From Saccostrea cucullata (taxonomy: Eukaryota), in contig NW_026923547.1 in the NCBI RefSeq assembly GCF_032062105.1, positions 124,001 through 188,000 on the forward strand: a stretch of 64,000 nucleotides of DNA. Direction: 5' to 3'. Position 1 is the first letter of the stretch. Each line of letters begins with the position of its first letter. Below are positions 14,750 through 39,799 of this stretch, piece after piece. The notes under the pieces are model-generated. The model worked only from the letters and a program-made list of their open reading frames with translations. It ran no database searches and was not told where the DNA came from. The position numbers were made by a program, and so were the translations under genes.

Positions 14750-16208
14750 TTGTTCCCCGCTTTCGCGAGAACGAGGAGACATTAAATCTCATTCATCTAT
14801 AAGTCTGCCGGTCTGTATGTATAGCTGTCCGTCCGTCACAAAAACTTGAATCCTTCTTATATTTTTTGAATGAGAAGAGATAGGACTTTCATATTACACA
14901 TGTTTATTATATGTCGATAAGACCTTTCTAAATACAGTATGATTTTTGACCGCGTGACCTTGACCTTGAACTTTGACCTACTTTAAAAATAATTAAATTT
15001 TACTTTACATATAAAGTACATAACTTATAAATGAGAAGAGATACAAGTAGGGCTTTCATGTTAACGATGAATATATATATCGCATATGACAGGACCTTTT
15101 TAAGTACACTATGACTTTTCATCTTGAGATCTTGACCTTGAAGTTTGAGCAACATATATTTTTCAAATATGTCAATTTTTCCTTCCTTGAGAAGAGATAT
15201 ATAGCTTTCATATTGCACCACATGTGACAAGATATTTCCGAACACGCTATGATTTCTGACCCCTTGACCGTGACCTTCACCATTGACTTAATTAAAAAAA
15301 AACAAAAGAGCTCCATTAAAACGGGAGATGAGCTATGAAAGAACAAAAATAGGGTCGGGTCATTGAAAAAAATCTTCTTACGCAGAGTGAATACGGCGCG
15401 GATCTAAGGAGTTTGATTTTAATATTAGATTGTGTATCATGTGTATGTAAATTCTAAATAAATGCTACAAAAGTAAACCAGAGTTTTGTCCCCCGCTTTC
15501 GCGAAAGGAAGGGGACATTAAATCTCATTCTTCTGTCCGTCCCTCACAAAAACTTTAACCTCGCCCCATCTTCACAAGCCAAGGGTTTTCGGTCCGCTTC
15601 ACTTACCACAAAGGGAGTGAAGCGGACCAAAAAAACCCTTGGCTTGCGAAGATGACCTTGTCCATAACTTTCGAGTAACTGGAGCTATGACTTTCATATT
15701 TCACATGTGTATTCCTTGTGACAAGACCTTTCTTTGGGTACCACCAAATTTGATCTTTTGACTTTGACCTTGGAGATGGCCCACTTTGACACAAAAATTC
15801 CAATAGTTCACTTTGGCATAACTTTTGAACGGTAGATACTAGGACTTTCATATTTCACATAATATGTATTTTTTGTGGCAAGACCTTTCATTGAATACCA
15901 ACAATTTTGACCTTTACACCTTGATCTTGGAGATTTGCGTACTTATGAAAAAAAAACTTTAACCTTAATAACTTTTGAACGGTAAGAGATAGGGCTTTGA
16001 TACTTCACATACATAATCCTTGTGAGAGGACCTTTCATTGGATACTAAGAACATTGACATTTTGACTTGACCTATGAGTTTGACCTACTTTTGAAAAACA
16101 AGCCTTGACCCGGCATAACTTTTGATGGTTTAGGTCTAGGGCTTTCATACTTCAAATATTTAATCCTTGTGACAAGACCTTTCATTTGATATGAAGAACT
16201 TTGACCCT

Positions 16209-16251
<43 letters not shown>

Positions 16252-19100
16252 GCCATAACTTTTGAACGGTTAGGGCTAGGGCTTTTATACCCGTGACAAG
16301 ACCTTTCTTAAGAAACCAACAACTTTGCCCCTTTGACCTTGGAGTTTGTCCTACCTTTCAAAAACTTGGCCATTACTTTTGAACATGTGGTGCTGGGGCT
16401 TTCATATTTCACAATCGTATTTCTTGTGAGAAGAACCTACTTTGGGTACTAATATTTTAAATTTGCATTTGAGAAAAGTTAAATCTTCGCTATGTTGCTG
16501 TACGGGATCATCAGTGTTTCACAAACATATCTTTTATATTACCTGTGACAAGATATTTCCTACCATGCTATGATTTCTGACCCCTTGACCTTCACGATTG
16601 ACCTTATTTAAAAAAAATTCAACTTCTATGATAATTTTAAAATGACATATGATAGGGCATTAATATTTGACACAATATGTCATAAAATTGACATCTCACC
16701 CACAAAGACACCGAAAGCGGGGGACCACAATTCTTTGAATTTGCTTGTTCATTTAAATATAAAGGACAAAATCTTATTCTCAAGAACAACTGGGCCAAAA
16801 GATCTGAAACTTATATGGAAGCTCACTTAGGTAGTGGAGATTCTAAATACAGGCGCGGATCCGGAATTTATTTTCCAAGGGGGGTGGGGTGGTGATTCCA
16901 CCCAGTCAGAAAATAAATCCAATTCGGATATTTCTAAACAAGCAACGAAATAACCAAAACCAAAAAGAAGCAAATTCAAAGAATTATGGTCCCCTGCTTT
17001 CAGTGTATTTCTAGGTGAAATGTCATTTTTTATGGCATATTGTGTCAGATATGAACACCCTTTCATATGTCATTCAAAAGTTATCCCCGAAGTTTATTTT
17101 TTTTTTAAATAAGGTCAGTCGTGAAGGTCAAGGGGTCAGAAATCATAGGATGCTCAGAAATACATGTGTATCTTGTCACAGGAAATGCACACGTTAAATA
17201 TAAAAACCTTATTTCTTCTCAATCAAAAGATATAAGGAAAAATTGATGTTTTGGGGAAATTAGGTCAAACTTCAGGGACAAGGTCACAAGATCAAAAATC
17301 AAAGTGTATTTAAAAAGGTCTTTTCACAAGCAATGCACATATTTAATATGAAAGCCCCATGTCTTCTCATTCAAAAGTCATTAGCACTTCTCATTCAAAA
17401 GTTATGGCCAAGGTTAAAGTTTTTGTGACAGACGGACAGACGAACGAGATTCAATGTCCCCTCGAAAGCGGGGGACAAAAAAAGGGGGGGGGAGAAAGAA
17501 AAAAAAATTAACTTCTTCCATAACGTAGTCGTTCTGTTCTAAAGCTTCGTGTCTCTGATCTTCCAAACCAACTTAACAAAATATCTGCGTTTTCGAAGGA
17601 TTGGGGGGTGGGGGGGGGTGGGGGTTAGTATATGCATTTCATAACGCTTCACATTCCGGGGGGGGGGGTTGAACCCACCACCCCTGTGTACAACCCCTCT
17701 AGATCTGTGCATTTAAATTATTCGAATAATTATGGCCCGAGGGTAGTTGGGAACCAATATGGAATCCAAGTTTTTTTTACATTGATATAGATATTAAGAA
17801 AAATCTCTAAAATTCTTCTTCTCAAATACCATTGGACCAGAAAAGCTGAAACTTATGTGGAAGCTTTCTGAGATAGTGCAGATTATAAATTTTTCAAATC
17901 ATTACCCCAGATTTGGTGGTACCCGAAGAAAGGTCTTGTCACTTGAAATATACCTGTGAAATATGAAAGTCATAGCCTTACCCAATCAAAAGGTATGGAC
18001 AAGTTTAAAGTTTTCCGGATAAACAGACAGACGGACGGACAAAGTACATGACAAATTCTACATGTATATACATTTACCCTCGAATCTTTGATAACGGGGG
18101 CCTCGAATCTTTGATAACGGGGGCATAAAAATAAATTTTTCATATATTTTTAGGGTCTTGACCATCGTAACGGTCTCCTGTGATTATTTGTGGCCCACGT
18201 GTCCTTAATGGAACTGACAAAAACTTAAATATTTTTATGCCCCCGTAAGCGAAGACTCGGTGATACATGTATATAGTTTTTGCCCTGTTCGTCCGTTTGT
18301 CTGTCTTTCATTTTTCTGTTTGACCACAAAAGGTTAAACATTGCCTCTATCTTCTGATTGGTTGGAGCCTTGGTTTTAAAATTCATGTGTATTTCTTGCT
18401 ACAAGACCCATTTTAAGGTATAACTACATTTGACAATTTAACCATGAGCTTGGAGTTTGACCCATCTTTAATTTTTTTTTTTTCAAATTTTAACCATGGT
18501 CATAACTTTTATATAGTTGGTGCTATTGCTTTCATACTTCACATGTGTATATTTTGTGAGAAGGACTTTCTTTTGATGAAAATATTCTGACCTTGACCTA
18601 AAAGTCTGACCCACTTCTAAAAACTTAAACATAGGTCATAACTTTTAAACAGTTAGCACTATAGGCCTTTTATATTTCAGAGGTGTATTCTTTGCGACAA
18701 GACATTTCTTTGGATAGCAACAATTTTGACTTTTTTTACCTTGACCTTGAAGTTTAACCTATTTAAATAAAAACTCTAATCTTGACAATATCTTCTAAAT
18801 AAATTGTGTTAAGGTGTTTTATTTACATGTATATTAGTCCTTTTCCCTGGACATTACTGATTTTGACCCTTTGACCTTGGAGTTTGACCCAATTTTAAAC
18901 TTTAACCTTGGTCATAACTTTTGAACGACAGGTTCCTTGGCTTTCATATTTCACAGAGTTTTCATTGTTTCAAGTCTCTTTGGAAAGCAACAATTTTAAT
19001 CTCTTAAACTGATCTTGACCTTGGGGATAAACTTGCATTTGAGAAACTTTAACCTTTGCCGTAGGCTGCCATTCGGGGGTGTCAGTGTTTCATAAACCTA
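14750..19100. mobile_element. Cluster of nested and inverted HINE/Helentron-type non-autonomous elements
   Basis: Repeated terminal motif TGTCCCCCGCTTTCGCG...GGGACATTAAATCTC at ~14751 and ~15488, reversed at ~17445-17478; GTCC/GACG microsatellites; many TGACCTTGA / CCATAACTTT / GTGACAAGACCTTT core units; another copy at ~18233-19100. Confidence 0.75.
15567..15654. mobile_element. 88-bp hairpin MITE, AcademH-like
   Basis: CATCTTCACAAGCCAAGGGTT...AACCCTTGGCTTGCGAAGATG; flanks ACCTCGCCC / ACCTTGTCC match at 7 of 9 positions (degenerate 9-bp TSD); interrupts a HINE core unit. Confidence 0.6.
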
Positions 19101-19347
19101 TTTTGTATTAGATATGTATTAATAGTATTGTTGAAAATTACTTACTGACCAATAGCAAATACTTCTAAGGTACCAACCAGCTTAGCTTCGCAACAATGTG
19201 GTCAGTGTACTTGATAACAACTCCAGTCCACTGTACCCCTAGGTCCGGTTCGGAGAGAAATAAAACGCCTTATCTGACCCATGTAGGTCAAAGAGTCTGT
19301 GGAAATCAGTGAAAAGTTCCACAAAAATTAAACAGACCATCTTCAGA

Positions 19348-22300
19348 ATGATTTTCATCTCAGTTTACTTAACTTTTCTCTATTTTTTACGATGTTCTTG
19401 CGCCTTTTCTCGCGACAGTATGGCTGTAAATGGTAAGTTCTTTTATTTCCTCTTTCCCCCAAGTCAGAATCATGTTTTAGAACAGAAATTTTAATTTAAG
19501 TGACCTATCTCATAAGTGTCCTACCTCATTCTCAAATGATAAAATTAATTATTCTTTTTAATTCTCATTAAAATCAAAATTAAAATCGGGGGTGGGGGTT
19601 TACAATGATATGTTCATACGATATGTGCAAAAAACTTTTTAACCCTTTTTTGTATTTTAGGAGTGAAATATTAATATCACAGCGATTTTTTTTTGTTGTT
19701 GTAAATTTCATGCACTGATTTGAAGTAGAAATGTGGATTAAATTGATAATTCGCGAGAAGTAGAAAATATTTTTTGCTTTCATTTCTATCGATAATGTTA
19801 TGAAATTTTGATCTTAGATTGCCAGGATGATCCAACGTTAAAGTGCTGGTATTACGATGATTCTCAGTGTAAGGGAGTTTACGAACCTTTCGCCAGGTTA
19901 CATTGTCCTCTGAGATGTGGATACTGCCCAGGTATAACGAATTAAACCCGCTACCTGAAATTATCTATATAGGTTTTATATTTAAGTTTGACCATGTAAT
20001 ACTACATATATTTTACAATGAAGATGTAGAAAACGAAAACTATTGGCTTGTCATATGTTCTAAATGTTGGAATTTACTTCTTCGAGTGAATACGATTAAT
20101 GTTAAAAAAAAATTTGTAAGCAGTAAATTCAAAATGACAACTTGTGTGTTTTTTTTAAAATCTTATTACACAAGGGCCAAGGGGTGTTCAAATTCGTAAT
20201 TAATGGAGATTTTAGATGCATCTATTTAGGAAAAACCCCTCCATGTGTGGACAATATTCCTGACTGTGCTGATTATGGGAAAGCGATTTGTGGGAATGGG
20301 AACTTCCAGGGATTCCTTCGGGAAAACTGTCGTAAATTCTGTGGCTACTGCACTGGTAAGTTCTTATTTACTCATCAATACAAAAGGCTTGACATCCAAG
20401 TGAATACAAAATTACAAATCAACCGTTCGCCTTTGTTATTTAAATGAAATGAACATTTCATCGTTATCTATGTACAGTGTAGTATCATTTGTCAAAGTTC
20501 ATGTAATTGGTTTTCGGTCCTATATCGGGATGATTGGAGCAAATCGGATCGAACACCCTCTACGGGTGACAACAAATATAATTAGAAGAAATTCCCACAA
20601 ACCATAATATATTCATGTTCTTGCAGTTTCTAGTACTACCCAAACAACAAAAACTACAACAACAACCACCAGGATAACCTCGACCACAACAAAAACTGGT
20701 ACAACACCGGCACCAGCTACAACCAAAGCTGTTGTCTCCGGGACGTCCACAACACAGATGATGTTGTCCACAGGCACAGGTAAGGCAATTTTCTGACCAC
20801 GGAAGTCCCAATAAATGCATAGTTTTGTGCAATATGTTTGGAATGATTTTTAAAATTATAGACGGTAAACTTAGTCAGTTGTAGTGTTCTATGATTCAAT
20901 ATTCCTGTAGATTGTCGAGACGTACGCAGTGATTGTCAGCAACATCATCACGCCTGTGTCGGGGTGTTCCAAAGATGGGCCTTGAAAAAGTGTGCGGACA
21001 CTTGCGGATATTGTTCAAGTATGCACTATGCACCAGCTTATGACACAGTACATCTATTGACTTGTAATTTGGTTTGAGTTTTAATTTGATTTATAGAGGC
21101 GATCTTTCAATTATGGTTGAAAGGAGTATTTGCTCAGAAAGTTTGAATACATCGTCACCGACAAAAATTCGATGGTGAGGAAAGTCACAAATGTTGAGTA
21201 CAAATAATGGTAGAGAATTCTGATTGTATCTTTGACAGACTCTCCACTGTGTGAGGATACCGTAGACTGTACTCATCTCCCCGCAAGTCTCTGCATGGAA
21301 ACAAGTCTGCGAGACTTCGCCATGACGTCGTGCAGAAAGTACTGTGGATTTTGTACGTAACTTCATACATCAATGAATGCAGTTGAATGCATTTGAACGA
21401 TTCAACTTTCTAATGCTTTTCATTTTACAATTTTTTTGTTTGAAGGTACAAATAAAATAACACAGGCAGCAAACATGACAACACAAGGAGTTCCTATGAC
21501 AACCCCTCCTACGTCAATGACATCAACAGGTCCCATGAAAATTCCAACGAAAATTGTCAAAACTACATTTCCAGTTACAGGTCCTTCCCATTTTGTCTTT
21601 CATTTATTATTTGATCTCTAAAGTATAAAAATAACACTCTGTTTCTTAAAAAAAACCCTGAAATTTAAAAAAGAAAAATTTGTCTAGTACTTGTCACATT
21701 TGCTTTGCTTTACTTTCTCTTTACTTCCCTGTATTTGTAAATTTTCTTATCTACATCTGGATTTCTTATACTGCATTTGAAAATTGGATCTGGTTTACCG
21801 ATTTCATCTGACAATTTTTATTGCAACTATCAGGGTAACTATGAAATATAAAAGATATGTCAATATGCAGTCTGTGTACTTTATAGATGGATGTCCAACA
21901 TGCAGCAATGAGAAAAACCTTACAGTTTGCTTAGAAAATGTCACAAAATGTGGATCAATGGATGAGGTATAGTCTTCTTGAAACTAAATTTTTGTCTCAA
22001 ATATCAGCAGTGACTAATGATTATAGAGGTTTCAGGCACATAGCATCGTTTTTGAAAGTGGGGAGGGGGGGAACCTCGAAAATCCTATTTCGTAGGGGGG
22101 GGGGGGGGGGTAGTGCCCAACTTTTCCAAGGCCAACTTCTTTTTCCTTCCAATTTTTTTGGATACAATACTACATTTCCTTCATATCACTATACTGTGGT
22201 AAGAAGTGGGGGGGGGGGGGGCAACCAACCTTTCAATGGACATTTTCAATAGTAAGGGTAATGTTGGGAAAAAATGGGGGGGGGGGCAGCCCCCCCCCCC

Positions 22301-22811
22301 CCCCCCCCCCCCCCCTGTTGCTACGTCCCTGGGTTTTATATTTATCCTTTATTATTGCAGGGTTGTAGCCTAAATCTGCAATCAGGAACAATAACTGCTG
22401 GCTGCACAGCTAACATGTGGGCAAGTGGAAAAAATGGATATATTTTAAAAATTATATTTTAAAATGAAGTTAAAAAACTCTGTATATTGAGAGCATGACG
22501 ATGTCCAATTAATCAGTATTTTAAAAAAATCAATCTCTTTTTTCAGGCATGTTTAAAACTAGAAATGATGAATGAACGAGAATGTAACATAACCCAAGGA
22601 TCCATTCCTAGCTCCAATAAAAATTACACTTGTCACTTCTGCTGTCAGGGATCAATAAACTGTCCAGCCATATACACATTCCAATCAGGTATCACAGTTA
22701 CACGAAAAACATCAAACATTTCTCATCATGAACAATTCAAACAATTTTTGAGTATTTGTTTAAATAATATTATTTTATTTTTTAGATCTTCCTGCTGAAA
22801 AGGTTGGATAG
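19348..22811 (+). CDS. Secreted protein with four ShKT domains, two Thr-rich mucin-like linkers and a C-terminal Cys-rich domain
   Basis: Exons 19348-19432 (signal peptide MIFISVYLTFLYFLRCSCA), 19818-19931 (ShKT ...HCPLRCGYC), 20230-20355 (...NCRKFCGYC), 20627-20779 (Thr-rich), 20911-21018 (...KCADTCGYC), 21239-21352 (...SCRKYCGF/C), 21446-21580 (Thr/Pro-rich), 21887-21966, 22361-22420, 22547-22688 (CHFCC), 22786-22811 (stop). Symmetric phase-1 domain exons. Confidence 0.85.
22033..22331. mobile_element. Short TIR MITE with poly-G/poly-C tracts in an ShKT gene intron
   Basis: CAGGCACATAGCA...TGCTACGTCCCTG inverted termini; GGTTT on both flanks; superfamily not resolved. Confidence 0.55.
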
Positions 22812-24419
22812 CAAGGAACATTTGAATTAAGTTTATTTAGCATATACAATGTAACAATGTAATGTACATGTAATATATCATGGAGCATTGTATATATCTT
22901 AGTTTCATGTGCCATGTATATATCTTAGTTTCATGTGCCATTTGGTATTCTGATGCATCAACAAAAAATACATTCTCAAGATTTACAAAAAAAGTAAAAA
23001 AAGTATACAAAAATTTGTATCATTTTAATAAAAGTACCGGTATCACAAATCCAATATTCAATTTTGTTTTGATGTTTCCAGCAGGTATTTTTTTTCTAGT
23101 TCAATCCAAAAATCTTTCTTTTGCATACACACAAAGAAAAAACAATAACATTTTCATGTTTCATTTCAATACCGTATGATTCTGCAACAGGTATTGTGAT
23201 GCTTGAAGCACATGCAGCAAAAATAAAATATAATCTCAAGACTCATAAATATCAGAATTTGTATTCATTGCTACAAAACTTACAAATATATAGTATTTCC
23301 ATCTAATGTAGATGTTTGATACAAAAACAAAACAATAATTTAAAATTGAACTACAGAGGTAATATATTAATTCAGGTGAGATTTTGGCAAACAACTTGAA
23401 TTTTAAGACATAGGAATTGGGATAAAAAAAATAAATAAATGTATCAATCTCATTTAGCAAACAATAAAAAAAATATCAATCAAAAGGAAATCTTGTTCAT
23501 GACACTTTTGATAAAAAAAAAATCTAACACAAAGGTATTATGCAAATCGTGGTTAACACTGAAAATGTTCCAAGCATTTTTATTACAAAACATAATTTCA
23601 CAAAATGTGAATTGCAGAATTCTGTATAATGAACATATTTTTTTTATGCACTGAACTATTAAACTCACTATTCAAAAGATGTATTCTGAGATGGAAATTC
23701 ATGTATCTGAGAGCTATAAATAATGCACCTTCATAAATACTGTAAATTTCTATAAATTAAGAGGTAGAAGAAAGATATGAAAAAATCTACATTTTACTGT
23801 AACTTTCGCCTCCTAAAATTATATTTTAGCACTATATCAAAAGCAATCATAATCTATATCAAAAATAATCTAATAACTAACAAAAATGAAAACAAATAAA
23901 AATGAAAACCACTCTTTCTTGAGCAAATGCCATGCTATTTACATGTTTTAAATGCATAATACACATTCATAAAATTACAAACCAGGTTAAAAACTCCCAA
24001 CATTATATGTGGATTTCAACAAAGAAAAAAATAATATTGATCAACAAAAGTATCAATGAAAATTGACAGCGAGTATCAAGCAGTTTGTATTGTACTGGTT
24101 CATATCATTATAACTTTGAGATTCTGATATCAATACCCATTTAGTTTTACACTCACATTTTTTTCAGATCATTTTAAATTCACATGCTTTGAGCATCAAT
24201 TGATCTTGAACTTCACCTTACAAGCAACAGATAATGACACCCCCAATAAAAGTGGACATAAATGCTAATATGAATTTTATAGGAGTAACGAGTTGTACAC
24301 CTAAATTATGATATGTGTTTATATACCGGATAAATGTTACATTACATGCTGATCACTGATACAACATTACATCTGTTTGGAAACTCTGGAGAGTCTTTCA
24401 TATGTTTTCATATGAAGAT

Positions 24420-36804
<12,385 letters not shown>

Positions 36805-37485
36805 CTTTCCTGCGATTCTGTTCACTTTAGTCTTCGGCTCAAGTATTGCCTGTTTACTCGTGTTGTTGATGAAACCTCTATAAAAAGTAAATCCTATCGT
36901 TTTTGAAAGAATTATTTTTGAGTTCTTTTCGTTTTATTCAAATCCAATTCAATGTTTTTCATAGTTCATTTTACTCTTTTGGCGGTTTTTGTGTGTAGAA
37001 GCGATCCATATTTATTAATTTTCAACTGTTTTTAACTTGAAGTATTCATACACAGCAAACGTAGGCTTGTCCTTGTCATCCAATCAAAATTTTAGGAATA
37101 AATGACCTTGAACTTTTATATTCCTAACCCATTTATGCATGAATGAATGTGTCACAATGTGAAAACAGAGCCCAAAGAAAGTAAGAAAATATTTATTTTA
37201 TGTATCATATGTCAGGAAAAATAACTGGTACTGAGTATCTGTCTATGCTTAAATGGAAAGCAAACATTGTTTGTAGAGATGTATGCGACACACATGAAAA
37301 GAGTGTGTCTCTACACGTATCATAGGCGGATTCATTCAAAACCATGGGTGTAGGGTAGGTTTCAACCCCTTCTAAGAAAACAAAACTTTTAATTATAATG
37401 ACTGGTGATAACCAGAACATTGCTTTTCATGTAGAGGACCAAATATTATTTGGTATTTGCAAACAAATTTACCAGTTGATTCGGA

Positions 37486-37624
37486 CACAGGGGCTTGCTC
37501 CCGGCGTGTTACATAATTATTTTTTTTTTAAAAAATCATATACTAATATACTGTAATTTTATTATTACGGTATATGATTTTTTAAAAATAAATAATCATT
37601 ACACGCTGGGAACAAGCCCCTGTG
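37486..37624. mobile_element. 139-bp palindromic MITE (P-element-like termini)
   Basis: CACAGGGGCTTGCTCCCGGCGTG...CACGCTGGGAACAAGCCCCTGTG; flanks ATTCGGA / ATTCAGA (7 bp, one mismatch). Confidence 0.6.
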
Positions 37625-37766
37625 ATTCAGAGATTGAAAATGCCTCACTAGATTGATACATTACAATCATAAAATCTCTAGCATGTCTATAAGTCCACTA
37701 ATTCTAATTAAATTACAAACTGAGTATATTAACTTTTACAGGCTAATCTCTTCATATATTATATAG

Positions 37767-38235
37767 TGTGGTGGTTTTTACATGTATGTTATTAAATTTG
37801 TATGTAATTACAGTGTATTTATGTATATGTGCCTTATTTTATTCATATTTCCCTCTATTTGTCATTACTTGTTGTTTAGAGTTATTCCTCTTTGTTTATA
37901 ACCCGTTCGGGTTGGGCGCGCCCGGGTCTATAGTACCCGGCCGGGGTTTACTATTATTATATGCTATGTATATTGTGTAATCAGAAGAGTCTACATTATC
38001 ATTAATTACTGATCAGACGTATTTTTGGGGACTGGGGCTAAATTTCTACAATGGTAATTATTGCATTCTTGGATTTTATATGATATTGTTTCATATCTTT
38101 TACGTTTGTTTGTAAATTGTAAATATTGCAACAGAATATAGTTATAATTCTTTAAACACTGAAATTCTTGTCATTCTTTTATCCTTTGAACTCGGACTAT
38201 ATGTACGGGACTAACCCCTAGACAGTCCCGTTACA
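37767..38235 (+). repeat. 5' LTR (469 bp)
   Basis: TGTGGTGG...CCCGTTACA; differs from the 3' LTR by about 5 substitutions and one 3-bp indel by eye. Confidence 0.95.
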
Positions 38236-38245
38236 TAGATATTTT

Positions 38246-38256
38246 TGGGGGCTCGT
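38246..38256 (+). promoter_or_regulatory. Primer-binding site complementary to the tRNA-Pro 3' end
   Basis: TGGGGGCTCGT matches the known tRNA-Pro PBS (TGGGGGCTCGTCCGGGAT); starts 10 nt downstream of the LTR end. Confidence 0.8.
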
Positions 38257-38335
38257 TCCGAGGATAAAAGAATATTTTGGTGTTTTATCTTGGATTTTTA
38301 CGCGTCGATTGACGCTGTATATTTATTTACATACA

Positions 38336-39790
38336 ATGTCTTTTTGGGGAGGGTTTCTCGCAATTTTGCGATTTTTCATTCCAAGTTTTCTTCGTGTAAC
38401 TTGTAAATCGGATGAACAATCCTCTAAATCTGGAGGAAATTCTAAAATAGGAGGCAATGAAACTGCTAAAGTTTCCGACAATGCGAAAGTGAAAAATGTT
38501 AGATCCACGCACTTACTTGACGAAGATTCTGCATACGACACGCTTGTTTCATCTTTTTCTCCGTCATTGTCGCTGGAACATGGATATAAATCAGATAATT
38601 CTGATTCCAAAATAAACACTGATACCGAGTGTCCCCGAAATTCATCGTATTTCTCACCTAATCAATCAGAAAACAGATGTTTTTCGCCGATGTATAGACA
38701 AAATACAGACGAATCCATAGATCACGTGACGTCGTACACAAAGAGTATGGAGAGCCATTCCGATGCTAACTTTATGCGATCGAAAGCTAGCACACCGTGT
38801 GATTCTTACGCAAATAAATATGGCATAGACAAACTTAATGTTTGTAAAACACCTCATGTTAATTTTAAGAAAGAAGAAAGTCTTTATAATAATTATGGAA
38901 ACCGGTCTGAATCTAAAAGCAATCGTTTTAGAAAATACAAAGAACCGGACGTGTACAACGCAGAGAATACAGAATGGCCCGATTATTTATGTCATTTCGA
39001 GCAAGTTGCAATGTGGAACGAGTGGACAGATGCCGAGAAAGCTACTCAGTTAGCTATGAGTTTGAGAGGTCGAGCGCAAAGAGTTCTTAGTGAGCTCTCG
39101 TATAGGGAACTAGGCAGCTATGTCGAGTTAAAATGCGCACTAACTCAGCGATTTTCTCCACCCGAGCGTGAAACGGCATACAGGTGCGAGTTTCGTACTA
39201 GAAAACGGAAACCAGGTGAAACTGTGTCCGAATATGGATACTCGTTAAGGCGACTAGCTAGTCGCGCTTTCCCAACATTTCCTTCAGATATGCGAGAAAG
39301 TCTTACTGTTGAACAGTTTGTCACTGGTTTAGGTTGCCACGAACTAAAACGCTACGTGCAGTTTTCTCATCCTAAAACGCTAGATCGCGCTATTTCTCTG
39401 GCACTCGAATTTGAGTCATTTGAAGGGTCTCAGGACACCCCACGGAAACCGCGGGACATTGAGAAACCACATGTTGGTTATGCACGCGCTGTTCTTCCAC
39501 CCACGGATAAAAATGACAATAGTCATGTAAATCTTGAAAAACTAGAAGAATCTATTCAACACATGATTCAGAAAACACTGAAGTCTTTGAAATTTAAAGG
39601 GCATAATGGTCCTTACGAGAAAAGACCTAATGGTCATAGTGGGCCTCACGAAATAGTTTGTTACGCTTGTAATGAAACTGGCCATATTAGTTCTAAATGC
39701 CCAAAGAAAAACTCAAAGCAAAAAATTAAAAAGGGAACCCATAATGACTCTAGTCATTTAAACGAAAATGGGCTGAGCCCACGGCCGTAA
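38336..39790 (+). CDS. gag: Gag polyprotein
   Basis: First ATG at 38336; retrotransposon capsid region (WPDYLCHFEQVA..NEW..EKA.QL..SLRG.A) and CCHC knuckle CYACNETGHISSKC. Confidence 0.93.
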   Translation: MSFWGGFLAILRFFIPSFLRVTCKSDEQSSKSGGNSKIGGNETAKVSDNAKVKNVRSTHLLDEDSAYDTLVSSFSPSLSLEHGYKSDNSDSKINTDTECPRNSSYFSPNQSENRCFSPMYRQNTDESIDHVTSYTKSMESHSDANFMRSKASTPCDSYANKYGIDKLNVCKTPHVNFKKEESLYNNYGNRSESKSNRFRKYKEPDVYNAENTEWPDYLCHFEQVAMWNEWTDAEKATQLAMSLRGRAQRVLSELSYRELGSYVELKCALTQRFSPPERETAYRCEFRTRKRKPGETVSEYGYSLRRLASRAFPTFPSDMRESLTVEQFVTGLGCHELKRYVQFSHPKTLDRAISLALEFESFEGSQDTPRKPRDIEKPHVGYARAVLPPTDKNDNSHVNLEKLEESIQHMIQKTLKSLKFKGHNGPYEKRPNGHSGPHEIVCYACNETGHISSKCPKKNSKQKIKKGTHNDSSHLNENGLSPRP

Positions 39791-39799
39791 GCCCAGCCC
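39757..39799 (+). promoter_or_regulatory. -1 programmed ribosomal frameshift signal
   Basis: T TTA AAC heptamer (39757-39763) in gag frame, 6-nt spacer, stem GGGCTG (39770-39775) / CAGCCC (39794-39799) enclosing ACGGCCGT; pol is in the -1 frame, which has a stop at 39751-39753. Confidence 0.85.

Noticed and set aside
37768-37980. Hydrophobic 60-70 aa ORFs in both LTRs
   Set aside because: Non-ATG starts; hydrophobicity follows from the T-rich LTR composition.
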